Sequence record: OR805293.1
DNA: 64,000 nucleotides
Direction: 5' to 3' (one strand)
Shown: piece after piece, positions 45,139 through 54,708 of the stretch
How positions within the stretch are numbered: position 1 is the stretch's first letter
How the letters are laid out: the number at the start of each line of letters is the position of its first letter
Position numbers and translations under genes: made by a program
Notes under the pieces: generated by a model
Told to the model about the DNA's origin: nothing
What the model saw: only the letters and a program-made list of their open reading frames with translations
The model's database searches: none

Positions 45139-46152
45139 GTGGGTAATTTATTTAAGAAAGTTGCATGTTTTAGTGATATTCACTTCGGATTGCATCATAA
45201 CTCTAAAATTCACAATCAAGACTGTGAAGATTTCATTAAGTGGTTTTGTAAAACTGCTAAAGAAAAAAATGCAGAAACATGTATATTTTTAGGCGATTGG
45301 CATCATACAAGAAACACCATTAATGTATCTACACTAAACTACACTATGTCTAGTTTAGAACTACTAAACGATACGTTCGAAAAAGTATATTTTATCACTG
45401 GCAATCATGACCTTATGTATAGAGAAAAAAGAGAAGTACATTCTATTCCGATGGGTCACAAATATCCTAATATAGTTATGATAGAAGATCCGTTCGAACA
45501 AGGTGATGTATCTATTCTACCGTGGTTAGTAGGAGATGAATGGAAAGACGTTCCTAAAATAAAAGCAAAATATTTGTTTGGGCATTTAGAAATTCCAGGA
45601 TTTAAACTAAATGCAATGGTAGAAATGCCCGATGTAGGAGAAATAAAATCCGAACATTTTGTTAATCAAACATATGTATTTTCTGGACATTTTCATAAGA
45701 GACAAGTAAATGGAAAAATTAATTATATCGGCAATCCATTTGGTCACAACTATTCTGATGTATGGGATTTTGATAGGGGTGCAATGTTTTTAGAATGGGG
45801 AGGGGAACCTGAATATGTTAATTACGAAGACGGACCTAGATTCATATCCACTACATTGAAACAAATACTAGAAAATCCAGATTATTATCTTAAGCCAAAA
45901 ACTCACGTAAAAGCAACTATAGATGTAGATATAACATACGAAGAAGCCAATTTCTTACGTGAAACATTCTTGTCTTCATATAAAGTTAGAGAATTTAAAT
46001 TATTACAGTCTAAATATAGCGAACACGAAATAGAAAGTGATACTGAAACTGAATTCGAAACTGTAGATGAAATTGTTATTTCCGAACTAACTAATATTCA
46101 AAGTGATAACTTTGATAAAAACATACTTATAAGCATTTACACAAACCTATAA
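45139..46152 (+). CDS. gp47: Recombination endonuclease subunit gp47 (Mre11/SbcD-like)
   Basis: FSDIHFG, FLGDWHH, ITGNHD, FGHLE, FSGHFHKR, YIGNPF metallophosphoesterase motifs. Confidence 0.95.
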   Translation: MGNLFKKVACFSDIHFGLHHNSKIHNQDCEDFIKWFCKTAKEKNAETCIFLGDWHHTRNTINVSTLNYTMSSLELLNDTFEKVYFITGNHDLMYREKREVHSIPMGHKYPNIVMIEDPFEQGDVSILPWLVGDEWKDVPKIKAKYLFGHLEIPGFKLNAMVEMPDVGEIKSEHFVNQTYVFSGHFHKRQVNGKINYIGNPFGHNYSDVWDFDRGAMFLEWGGEPEYVNYEDGPRFISTTLKQILENPDYYLKPKTHVKATIDVDITYEEANFLRETFLSSYKVREFKLLQSKYSEHEIESDTETEFETVDEIVISELTNIQSDNFDKNILISIYTNL

Positions 46153-47906
46153 TGTTAAAATTTAAATCTATATCAATGCGAAATTTTATGTCTGTCGGTA
46201 ATAATACACAGACTATATTGCTAGACGAAAACGATCTAACATTAGTTTTAGGAGAAAATTTAGATCTCGGTGGCAATGACAGTAAAAACGGAACCGGTAA
46301 GACTGCAAAATTAAATGCACTTTCATACGCACTCTTTGGTACAGCATTAACTAATATAAGAAAAGAAAATCTAATTAATAAAACAAATGAAAAAAATATG
46401 TATGTTAAATTAGAATTTTCGTTGAATAATAAAGAGTACAAAATAGAAAGGGGAAGAAAACCCAATATATTTAAAGTTATAATCAACAACAAAGAATTAG
46501 AAACAGACGAAACTGACGAAGCGCAAGGCGACAGCAGACAAACACAACTTGCATTAGAAAAGGAATTAGGTTTTAGTCATAATATGTTTAAAAACATAAT
46601 TGCACTAAACACTTATTCCACTCCTTTTCTCTCTATGAAAACTACCGAACAAAGAGAATTAATAGAACAACTGCTAGGCATAACTAAACTAAGTGAAAAA
46701 GCAGATATTCTAAAAAATTTAGTTAAAGATACTAAAGATAGAATTAAAGAAGAAGAATTTAGAATTAAAGCAATCCAAGAAGCAAATAAAAGCATAGAAC
46801 AAAACATTGCTTCTATGGAACTTAGAAGCAAAGCCTGGGATAAAAGACATTTAGATACTTTACAAGAATACAGAGAATCGCTAGAGCATCTAAATAAAAT
46901 AGATATAGATACTGAAATAGAAATGCATAAAATTTTAAAAGAGATTTCTATTAAAGAAAGAGAAAAAAATGATATTTTAAAAGAATATAATATTGTAGAA
47001 CGAGAAATACAATCATTATCTACAACAGTATCTCACCTTTCGTCACAATTACTAAAAACTACAGAACACAACGAATGTCCTACATGCGGGCAAGAATTAA
47101 ATGATAGTCATACTTCATTAACTGAATCTTTAAAATTAAAGTTAGAATCTGCAACTAATTCACTTAAAGAAAAAGAAAATGAAAAAGAATTAATTTTAAA
47201 TACATTGAATTCTATTTTTATACCGGAAAAACCATCTACGTTTTATTCGTCTTTAGATGATGTTTATAATCATAAAACTATGATTAATACACTAGAGCAT
47301 TCTATAGAAAAAGAAGAAATGCTAACTAACCCTCACGTAGAAAATGTTTCTATTTTACGGGATAGTATAAAACAAGTCGATTTCGAAACTATTAATACGT
47401 TAGTTTCGCTGCGAGATCATCAAGAATTTTTATTAAAACTGCTAACCTCAAAAGATAGTTTTATAAGAAAAAAGATTATAGATCAAAATTTATCGTATCT
47501 AAATACAAGACTTGCACACTACTTAATAAAAATAGGATTGCCACACGAAGTAAAATTTATGTCTGACCTAGAAGTTCAGATTACAGAACACGGCAGAGAA
47601 TTAGATTTTGATAATTTAAGTAGAGGTGAACGCACCCGTTTAATTCTTTCACTAAGTTGGGCATTTAGAGATGTATTTGAAAGTCTTAACTATAAAATAA
47701 ATCTGCTGTATATAGACGAATTAATAGACAATGGATTAGATACTAGAGGTGTAGAATCTGCTCTAAGCATTCTAAAACAAATGTCAAGGGATTCTAGCAG
47801 AAAAGTATTTTTAGTGTCACACAGAGAAGAATTAATTGGACGAGTTGATGTTCAACTAAAAGCAGTAAAAGAAGGTGGATTTACTTCTTATACAATCGAA
47901 GGATAA
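46152..47906 (+). CDS. gp46: Recombination endonuclease subunit gp46 (Rad50/SbcC-like ATPase)
   Basis: GxNGTGKT Walker A, CPTCGQ zinc hook, LSRGE signature, IDELID Walker B. Confidence 0.95.
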   Translation: MLKFKSISMRNFMSVGNNTQTILLDENDLTLVLGENLDLGGNDSKNGTGKTAKLNALSYALFGTALTNIRKENLINKTNEKNMYVKLEFSLNNKEYKIERGRKPNIFKVIINNKELETDETDEAQGDSRQTQLALEKELGFSHNMFKNIIALNTYSTPFLSMKTTEQRELIEQLLGITKLSEKADILKNLVKDTKDRIKEEEFRIKAIQEANKSIEQNIASMELRSKAWDKRHLDTLQEYRESLEHLNKIDIDTEIEMHKILKEISIKEREKNDILKEYNIVEREIQSLSTTVSHLSSQLLKTTEHNECPTCGQELNDSHTSLTESLKLKLESATNSLKEKENEKELILNTLNSIFIPEKPSTFYSSLDDVYNHKTMINTLEHSIEKEEMLTNPHVENVSILRDSIKQVDFETINTLVSLRDHQEFLLKLLTSKDSFIRKKIIDQNLSYLNTRLAHYLIKIGLPHEVKFMSDLEVQITEHGRELDFDNLSRGERTRLILSLSWAFRDVFESLNYKINLLYIDELIDNGLDTRGVESALSILKQMSRDSSRKVFLVSHREELIGRVDVQLKAVKEGGFTSYTIEG

Positions 47907-47935
47907 TAAAAAAGAGGCTTAAGCCTCTTTTTTAT
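47906..47935. terminator. Bidirectional terminator (perfect palindrome)
   Basis: ataaaaaagaggcttaagcctcttttttat. Confidence 0.9.
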
Positions 47936-48668
47936 TAGTTTCTATTTTTGCTTTATCTAGTTGCTGTTTACTAATATATTTCACATTAATTGTTATATTT
48001 TTGTTATCTTTTGCTTTAGTTAACCTATGAGCACCGTCTATTACATATAGTTTACCGTTGTCTTTATACACTATTATAGGGATGCTCACATCGGCAGCTT
48101 TTACTCTCGACGGCGCTAATTTGGTATATCGTAATATCCATGTTAAGTCTTTTATTTTAACACTTTCTACAGGAGCATGCTCTGTACTTCTAAAAATATC
48201 ATCTAATCTATATTCATTACCATTATGCGTTAATGTACTATGTTTACCTTCTGTATAAGATTCAGAAATAGTATTAATGTTGTTGCCTATGTTAGATATT
48301 CTTGTTAAACTAGATTCAGTATCAGAAGCTATTATGTCTCTACTATCTCCTGATCCTTTAAAATCGTAAACAATTATTCTTACTACATTAGGGAATATAG
48401 AAGATTTATTTACTTTAAGTCTTTTTATACGGTTACCCTGGTTGTCGTATAATGTTTCGTCAATTATATTAATATTAAAAGATTTTGCTAAATCCTTTGC
48501 AGTAATACCTACCTCTGCGGGTGATTCTCTAGAATATCTAGCCCTATTATCTATTACTAACTCAGTATTGTTAAAAAATGGATATTTATTCAATACATTG
48601 TTTAGTATTTTTTTAAATTTTGTATCTATAGGCTTAAACGGTAAAATCTCGCCTTCTATAAATCTCAT
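47919..48668 (-). CDS. Protein with C-terminal ParB/Srx-like domain
   Basis: PIIV.....KLYVIDGAHRL.KA motif. Confidence 0.75.
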   Translation of the reverse strand: MRFIEGEILPFKPIDTKFKKILNNVLNKYPFFNNTELVIDNRARYSRESPAEVGITAKDLAKSFNINIIDETLYDNQGNRIKRLKVNKSSIFPNVVRIIVYDFKGSGDSRDIIASDTESSLTRISNIGNNINTISESYTEGKHSTLTHNGNEYRLDDIFRSTEHAPVESVKIKDLTWILRYTKLAPSRVKAADVSIPIIVYKDNGKLYVIDGAHRLTKAKDNKNITINVKYISKQQLDKAKIETNKKEA

Positions 48669-48670
48669 TA

Positions 48671-49168
48671 TTATTTACTCAGCTGTTTTACTTTCTCTTT
48701 ATTCTCTTCTGTCCAGAAATTATTCCAGCTACAGAATACCCAACCCTTGTAATCTATACTATTATTTACTTTAATCCCGGTTTTTTCTTCAAATACTACC
48801 CATTTGCCTTGCCGCGTTATTTTTATAAAAATAATATTAAAATCACCTTCGCTAGCAGTATCACGTACCTGTGATATCCATGTATCTAATTGTTTGCACT
48901 CCCCCTCGAACAACGAAGTAAATGAAAATTTTGCATACGATTTACATTCAGAATTAAAATGTTCCCATGTATCTGGAGGGAAAATATCACCTTTATAGGA
49001 TTTGATTTGATTATTGCCTAGTGATGTTTTTCTGACAGAATTTTGTCCTCCTATAAAGGCACCTGAATGTGCTGTTCTAGTAAAGGGTTCGTTGTAAAAT
49101 GAGGTAAGATCTTTTGCTACATCTCGTTCCCAGCTACTACCTTTAATTTTACTTTTCGATCCAGACAT
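48671..49168 (-). CDS. Holliday junction resolvase-like PD-(D/E)xK nuclease
   Basis: SK.KGSSWER.VAK.L...SGA...GDI...ECK.Y. Confidence 0.8.
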   Translation of the reverse strand: MSGSKSKIKGSSWERDVAKDLTSFYNEPFTRTAHSGAFIGGQNSVRKTSLGNNQIKSYKGDIFPPDTWEHFNSECKSYAKFSFTSLFEGECKQLDTWISQVRDTASEGDFNIIFIKITRQGKWVVFEEKTGIKVNNSIDYKGWVFCSWNNFWTEENKEKVKQLSK

Positions 49169-49299
49169 GTTTTGTTAACCTTTTATATACCTGTTAAATT
49201 TTACATTATTTAGTTAATTTTATACCCATATAATACTGTCGAGATAAATATGTGTGTAGATAACTTATAGCATTATTTTTAACGATTTTAGTACAATGG

Positions 49300-49328
49300 T
49301 TGACAGTATTAATATCGTATGCTATAAT
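49300..49328 (+). promoter_or_regulatory. Perfect-consensus sigma70 promoter with extended -10, facing a non-coding region
   Basis: TTGACA-17-TATAAT with TGc before the -10; late-type GATAAATA also at 49243-49250. Confidence 0.9.
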
Positions 49329-49334
49329 CCGCAA

Positions 49335-50302
49335 CATAATAAAACTAAAGGGCGTATGTAACAAAACAGACGTTCTCCTAAGTGTTTTAAAGTTTTTGCT
49401 TAGGAAGACCCAGTTGTATGTTTAAAGGGTGAACGGTAACGGGCATTCTTGTTTAAGACTAGTTCTTATGAAGACATTGGCAACTAACATAGCAGCTTTG
49501 TTCCATCATTGGATATTGGTAGTAGAAACTATCCCCATCGTGCCTTTACTGTAGTACCGTTAGAGACGGAGATAACGCAGGAAAAAAGGTTATTTAAATT
49601 ATGATTTTGGGTGCTGCAGAACACTTTCGTAAACAAAAGGAATATAGTTTACGTATACACAACGGGAACGGGAAAAAGCTTTTTAAGCAAAAACGAGTCC
49701 CTGGTAATTGGTGTTTAACGGGAGTGACGTCCCAAATGTTATTCATTGATTAACACTGTAAGAAGGTTGTAAGGGTTATTGTGTTCGAAGTGGTTTACAC
49801 AACTGTTCTTCCTACATTTATGTACAGAAGTGTAAACGAAAGGATGTTGCTCTGGTAGAAAAAGATCAACGTACTTTATGACACTATCCTTGTGACATAT
49901 GTACTTGTACCAACAACAGCCGCAGGTTACGGATATGGTATTACAAACTGTACTGCGGTTCCGGGAGTTGAAAGTGGATGTTAGCTTAGGTGGCTGTTTG
50001 CTTAATTATAATGTTTAATTTAGGCAATATAAGCGTCGGGTGAGGCTTTCGTAGGTTGCGTGTTTATGCTACGGTGTAAATGGGCTAGACTACTGGCGCA
50101 TACATGAGTATTGTAGGATTGGCGCTTTAATAAAGAAATTTGTTAAAGTTTGAGTTTAGCTCCCCGCTCATTAGCAATAAACGTTGCTAGTCGATAGTAT
50201 ACCCACGCCTAAATAATGCCGTCATTGTTTAGTTTTTTTTAAAAAATATAATTGTCAATTATATGTCGTACGCATCTACCCCGAAAAGGGGTAGATGTTT
50301 AT
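49335..50302 (+). ncRNA. Candidate large (~960 nt) structured non-coding RNA
   Basis: No ORF of 60 aa or more on either strand; GC above flanks with G>C; many hairpins, some with G-U pairs and a GAAA loop; ends at a 10-bp stem terminator at 50273-50297. Confidence 0.55.
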
Positions 50303-50530
50303 GACTTTCGTTTACACTCATGTCATAATCAGTACACGCCATTTTAGGCCATTCTACATCAATACACTGCTTCTAGCAGTGTATTGGACATACAAAATAA
50401 TCTTAAATTATATCAAATTTGTTTAATTACTTTAATTTTGTTACTTTAGTAACTTGTATTTTGTTTATATGAGTTGTAGTTTACGAAAACGAATATAAAC
50501 AAAATACATATGTGAACTGTAGTTCACATA
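50246..50530. repeat. Cluster of perfect inverted repeats (candidate origin or cruciform region)
   Basis: 9-1-9 at 50246-50264; 10-5-10 at 50273-50297; 11-5-11 at 50360-50386; 15-22-15 at 50456-50507; 10-2-10 at 50509-50530. Confidence 0.85.
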
Positions 50531-50682
50531 CTTACTAACGTTGTATATTACGGTAATTCTATAAAATATCTCTATATAATTATAAACGTTTTATGGCATA
50601 CTACGACTGAACGAAATTGAAAATTAACTAGAGATTTAATTAGATAAATAATATTGTAAAAATTGTATAGAGGTATACATCA

Positions 50683-51135
50683 ATGAACGATTACACACAT
50701 TACACAGAGGAAGATTTCATATTTTTAGCATATGATTTAAATACTCAGCTTATAAATGATGGATATCCTGACGCTGCTGTAAAATTTATTACTAATCAGT
50801 TTATTTTAGAGCATAGACATCCTGACGAAATAAAACGTTGTATAGGATGTAATTCTAAAATGTACGAAGATGTTATTGCTACTAAGAGAAATTTATCTGG
50901 TAAATCGCATTGCAGACATTGCGAATCGAAACTTAGTATGTATAAGGAAGTTGTTAAGGAAGTAGCAAATACAACACAAATACTTCGCATACCAGAAAAA
51001 CATTTAAATTCAGTTAAACGATTAATTAGAATATATAATGAGCAAAACAAAACTAGTGCATATCAGAGTATATTAGTTAAAACAAAGAAACTTAACACAG
51101 GAGTTTCTAAAAAGTCAAAAAGAAAGGGACGTTAA
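50683..51135 (+). CDS. Zinc-ribbon protein with basic C-terminus (150 aa)
   Basis: CxxC(18)CxxC (CIGC...CRHC); late promoter GATAAATA at 50643-50650. Confidence 0.8.
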   Translation: MNDYTHYTEEDFIFLAYDLNTQLINDGYPDAAVKFITNQFILEHRHPDEIKRCIGCNSKMYEDVIATKRNLSGKSHCRHCESKLSMYKEVVKEVANTTQILRIPEKHLNSVKRLIRIYNEQNKTSAYQSILVKTKKLNTGVSKKSKRKGR

Positions 51136-51149
51136 TTGTCCCTTTCTTT
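51119..51149. terminator. Bidirectional terminator
   Basis: aaagaaagggac-gttaatt-gtccctttcttt. Confidence 0.85.
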
Positions 51150-51386
51150 TTATAGGAAGCTTCTACCTGTTTCTGCTTCGATTTTTTGTTTAATAAATTC
51201 TCCTAACCGTACCCGCTCTTGATATGATAAAGACCAAGCAGTGTGCCAGTCAAATCCATTAATTTTATCACATATTTGGACTATTTCGCCTTCTAATCCC
51301 AGTGATTCTTGTTCATATTCTTGTATAACGTTCCTAATATCATCTGGGGTTCCCGATACTAGGATTCTCTGAAAAAACTTACTGGG
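51150..51386 (-). CDS. gp51-like baseplate/tail assembly chaperone segment without a start codon (-1 frame extension of gp26)
   Basis: Open frame ...QRILVSGTPDDIRNVIQEYEQESLGLEGEIVQICDKINGFDWHTAWSLSYQERVRLGEFIKQKIEAETGRSFL; no ATG, GTG or TTG in frame. Confidence 0.75.
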   Translation of the reverse strand, partial: PSKFFQRILVSGTPDDIRNVIQEYEQESLGLEGEIVQICDKINGFDWHTAWSLSYQERVRLGEFIKQKIEAETGRSFL

Positions 51387-52213
51387 TTAAAATCTACAGG
51401 TACTACAAAACTTTTATTACAGTTGTCGCATACTGCATCAAAGTCGCCATTAACTCCTACTTGATTTATTTCTTTTAAAAGACTATCTATTTTATTAACA
51501 TCTGCTCTATCTATATTTGCTATAAATTCTTTTATATCAGCCAGTGTCTGAGGAGTATTATTAACTATATCTATACCGTTAGTTTCATCTACAATACGAA
51601 CTATTGTTTTTGCAATTAATTCGAAATTTAATGATGACAGTTCATTTATTGTGTTAGAAAATGCAGAAAGTTTTTCTTCATCTGAATACATATCGCTTTG
51701 CATTATTCTAATAAATTTTGCTTGTTCTAATGCAGTTTTTGCAACTGTCATATTATCTGAAAAATCATATGGTCTAATAAATATAGATAGACCGTTATCG
51801 AGGTTCACGACGTATTGATCTTCTAAATAAGTGGACGTATTAATAACATTTAATAAGTCTATTCCATATAAATTTTTATGATTACAATGCGGGCACGTAG
51901 AAGAAATATCTATTGTGTTACCGTATGATGCTGCTTTTATAGCAACACATATCATATGAATGTCATTAATTAAGAGTTTATTTACATCTTTAATTCCCGG
52001 TACACAACTCTTAATTACTTCTTTTAAGCCTTCACCGTTCACTAATGCATCAGGATTTTTTATTAATACTTCATCTTTTCCTGTCATAGCATATACCCCT
52101 AGTTCTCCGGAATCGGTGTATTCTACAACATTTGATGGATAAAATGAATTTCCGCTGGGCAAACGAATATAAGATTTGAATGTTCTGTAATATTGATGTA
52201 ATTTGTTGCTCAT
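51359..52213 (-). CDS. gp26: Baseplate hub assembly chaperone gp26
   Basis: YIRLPS.N.FYP...GELGVYAMT.KDE...KNPDAL.NG...IKSC.P.I...D...I..AS.G...CPHC; C-terminal CxxC...DFNPVSFF. Confidence 0.88.
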   Translation of the reverse strand: MSNKLHQYYRTFKSYIRLPSGNSFYPSNVVEYTDSGELGVYAMTGKDEVLIKNPDALVNGEGLKEVIKSCVPGIKDVNKLLINDIHMICVAIKAASYGNTIDISSTCPHCNHKNLYGIDLLNVINTSTYLEDQYVVNLDNGLSIFIRPYDFSDNMTVAKTALEQAKFIRIMQSDMYSDEEKLSAFSNTINELSSLNFELIAKTIVRIVDETNGIDIVNNTPQTLADIKEFIANIDRADVNKIDSLLKEINQVGVNGDFDAVCDNCNKSFVVPVDFNPVSFFRES

Positions 52214-52232
52214 AATGTGTATATGCTCTTTT

Positions 52233-52260
52233 GATAAATATGCTATATACCGTATTTATC
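52233..52260. promoter_or_regulatory. Face-to-face pair of T4-type late promoters
   Basis: GATAAATA (+, 52233-52240) and its reverse complement (52253-52260), serving the tape measure gene and gp26. Confidence 0.75.
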
Positions 52261-52282
52261 ATAGCATTTTATAGAGGTTCTT

Positions 52283-54679
52283 GTGGCAGAAGATATTAGA
52301 ATTGTTGGCGTTGATCCTAGTGTCCCTGGCTGGGCTCGAGAAGAAACTCTTAATAAAATAGTATCTGAGTTAAAAAAACTCAATGGATCTAATACAAGAG
52401 AAAACGACGAACTAAAAGATGCAGTAGATGAACTAGTTAGGGTAACCCGTAGATCTAACGAAGATACATCTAGAACAGATAATAACACTGAAATAAAAGA
52501 AGCATTAAATAGATTATCTTCTTCGTTAAAACAACAGAAAAAATCTGATAATTCTTTATCTGCAAAGCAAGGGGGAAACAAACCTCCCGTATTGCCGCCT
52601 GACAATAAGAAATCTAAATTAGATACAGATACTATAGGCGCATTTATTACTGCCGTCGGTACTGCTTCAAAGGCAGTAGCAAAATTTACTTTAAGTATGG
52701 CATCTTTTGCAGTTGGCGGAAGTATATATGCTGCATTAAAGCAAGCTGCATCGTCGCAACTTACTTTATCTAGAGATTTATATAAATCAGGTTGGAACTT
52801 CGGAACGGTATTAGACGATGCATCTGGTATTATTAAATCTACCAACTTAGACGGTATTTCGTATGCCATAAAAGGTTTAGGTATAAATTCATCTGCACTA
52901 TCTGAAGTATTAAAAGGCAATGAATTAGCAATACAAAAATACGGAATAAAATCGTTTGTAGATTTGTCTTCTAGCTTAAAAAGACAAGGCAATAGCTTAG
53001 GTATGTCTTTAAAAGAAACAGCAGATTATGTAGGAGAATATTTAGAATCTCAACGTTTAATGGGTACATTTGATAAAATGCGCCAAGTAAACATGACTGC
53101 CCTTGCATCTAAAGCACTTAAAGATACCCAAGCATTTGCTACTGCGTTAAGAATGTCTACAGAAGACCTACAGGCAAAAATGAATGAAAGTTTAAAAGAT
53201 GTAGACTTTCGTGTAGCAATAGAATCAGTTAACGCAAATTCTAAAGAAGCCGCTGCCCAAATTTATGCTGCTTTGCCAGAACAATTGCAAACTATGTTTA
53301 AGGTAGCTCTTAAAGATACTCCGTCTTTTATGGCATCTAAAGAATACGCTGATTTGATAAAATCCGGGCAAGGAGAATTAGCTAGACAAATAATTGCAGT
53401 ATCATCTGGACTGAAATCTGGTAATATAACTAACGGTCAGGCAGATGATGCAATGAAACGACTTATAAAATCTACTAGTTTTGCAGAAAGTACAATGCGT
53501 AGACTTGCTATGCTAGATGCTCGTGGACTAATAGATAGTAATGTTGCTGCTGCTGCGTATGGATTAAAAGACCTTAGAGATAAAATGGATGGTCATTATG
53601 AAGGAATCCAAAATACAGAAGCTACAAATTTAGCAAAAGTCGAAGATGTAAGAAATAGAGCATTAGCTGTATTAGATACGTTTGTATCATCTATAATGAG
53701 AGCAGGATTCGAATCTGATGAATTTGCTAAATTATTAGATAATGCAAATGAAATGTTAAAAACAATTCATAATACAGCAGAAGACTTAGGTAAACAACTA
53801 GGTCCGGAATTATTTAAATTTGTTAACAATGCTATGGAATATCTAAATGGTTTATTTAGTAAAGATGTAGCAGGAAATATAAATGTAAATTATTCTAAAA
53901 TAATAGGAGATATTTTAACAAGTTCCGGTGCTGCTATAGTAGTTGGCGTTCTTGCTATTATGACTACATTTAAAGGTGTTGTTATTTCTTCGTTATCGTC
54001 GTGGCTTAAAGGTGCATCAGGACCTATGTCATCATTGGGCGGCACAGTAAAAACTATAGCAGGAAGATTAGGGGCATTTGCAGCACTAGCAGTATCGTTT
54101 ACGAATGGAATAGGTAGATTAAGTCAATCAATTTCGGAAGGCGGCGATGCAATAGAATCTGCATTGAATTTTTTATCGGGCGCAGGCGAAGGTATAATAG
54201 ATCCCGTGTTTAAATCCCTTACATGGGCAGCTAACAAATTAGGTATAGTATCTGATGAAGCAGCAGATGGATTTAGTAAATACATCAGTGATACTAATTT
54301 GCAACAGTTCTTGGGTCTACAAGATATACCTATAAAAGTAGAAACTACTAATAAACCTGCATATACACCACCTGGACCTACTGCTACTAAAACATCTGCA
54401 TACGGTAAAATAGAAACTCCGAAAGCTCCTGCTATAATCCCTACAGCTCAGCCAGATGTAGCAGACGCAGCAAAACAAAGTCCTACTCCTGTAGATCCTA
54501 CTAGCAATATAAAGCCTATAGAAAATACAGGAATGAGTTCTCAAGACATGCTAAATAGAAGTACAGATAAACTTATACGTTTACAAGAAGAACAAATACG
54601 ACAGTTACAAGAGCTTGTAGATATTCAGCGCAGAGCATTAGCTGCTACTAGAGAAACTGGATTTACAAGAACTAGGTAA
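52283..54679 (+). CDS. Probable tail tape measure / gp29-like hub protein
   Basis: 798-aa helical Ala/Gly/Leu/Lys-rich protein, divergent from gp26 and upstream of the portal. Confidence 0.65.
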   Translation: MAEDIRIVGVDPSVPGWAREETLNKIVSELKKLNGSNTRENDELKDAVDELVRVTRRSNEDTSRTDNNTEIKEALNRLSSSLKQQKKSDNSLSAKQGGNKPPVLPPDNKKSKLDTDTIGAFITAVGTASKAVAKFTLSMASFAVGGSIYAALKQAASSQLTLSRDLYKSGWNFGTVLDDASGIIKSTNLDGISYAIKGLGINSSALSEVLKGNELAIQKYGIKSFVDLSSSLKRQGNSLGMSLKETADYVGEYLESQRLMGTFDKMRQVNMTALASKALKDTQAFATALRMSTEDLQAKMNESLKDVDFRVAIESVNANSKEAAAQIYAALPEQLQTMFKVALKDTPSFMASKEYADLIKSGQGELARQIIAVSSGLKSGNITNGQADDAMKRLIKSTSFAESTMRRLAMLDARGLIDSNVAAAAYGLKDLRDKMDGHYEGIQNTEATNLAKVEDVRNRALAVLDTFVSSIMRAGFESDEFAKLLDNANEMLKTIHNTAEDLGKQLGPELFKFVNNAMEYLNGLFSKDVAGNINVNYSKIIGDILTSSGAAIVVGVLAIMTTFKGVVISSLSSWLKGASGPMSSLGGTVKTIAGRLGAFAALAVSFTNGIGRLSQSISEGGDAIESALNFLSGAGEGIIDPVFKSLTWAANKLGIVSDEAADGFSKYISDTNLQQFLGLQDIPIKVETTNKPAYTPPGPTATKTSAYGKIETPKAPAIIPTAQPDVADAAKQSPTPVDPTSNIKPIENTGMSSQDMLNRSTDKLIRLQEEQIRQLQELVDIQRRALAATRETGFTRTR

Positions 54680-54708
54680 TAAACACAATATATATTGAGA
54701 TAGAGTAC

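Noticed and set aside
49335-50302. Group I/II intron, tmRNA or RNase P identity for the large non-coding region
   Set aside because: No interrupted flanking gene, no tRNA-like ends and no recognisable conserved core seen by eye; an Rfam search is still needed.
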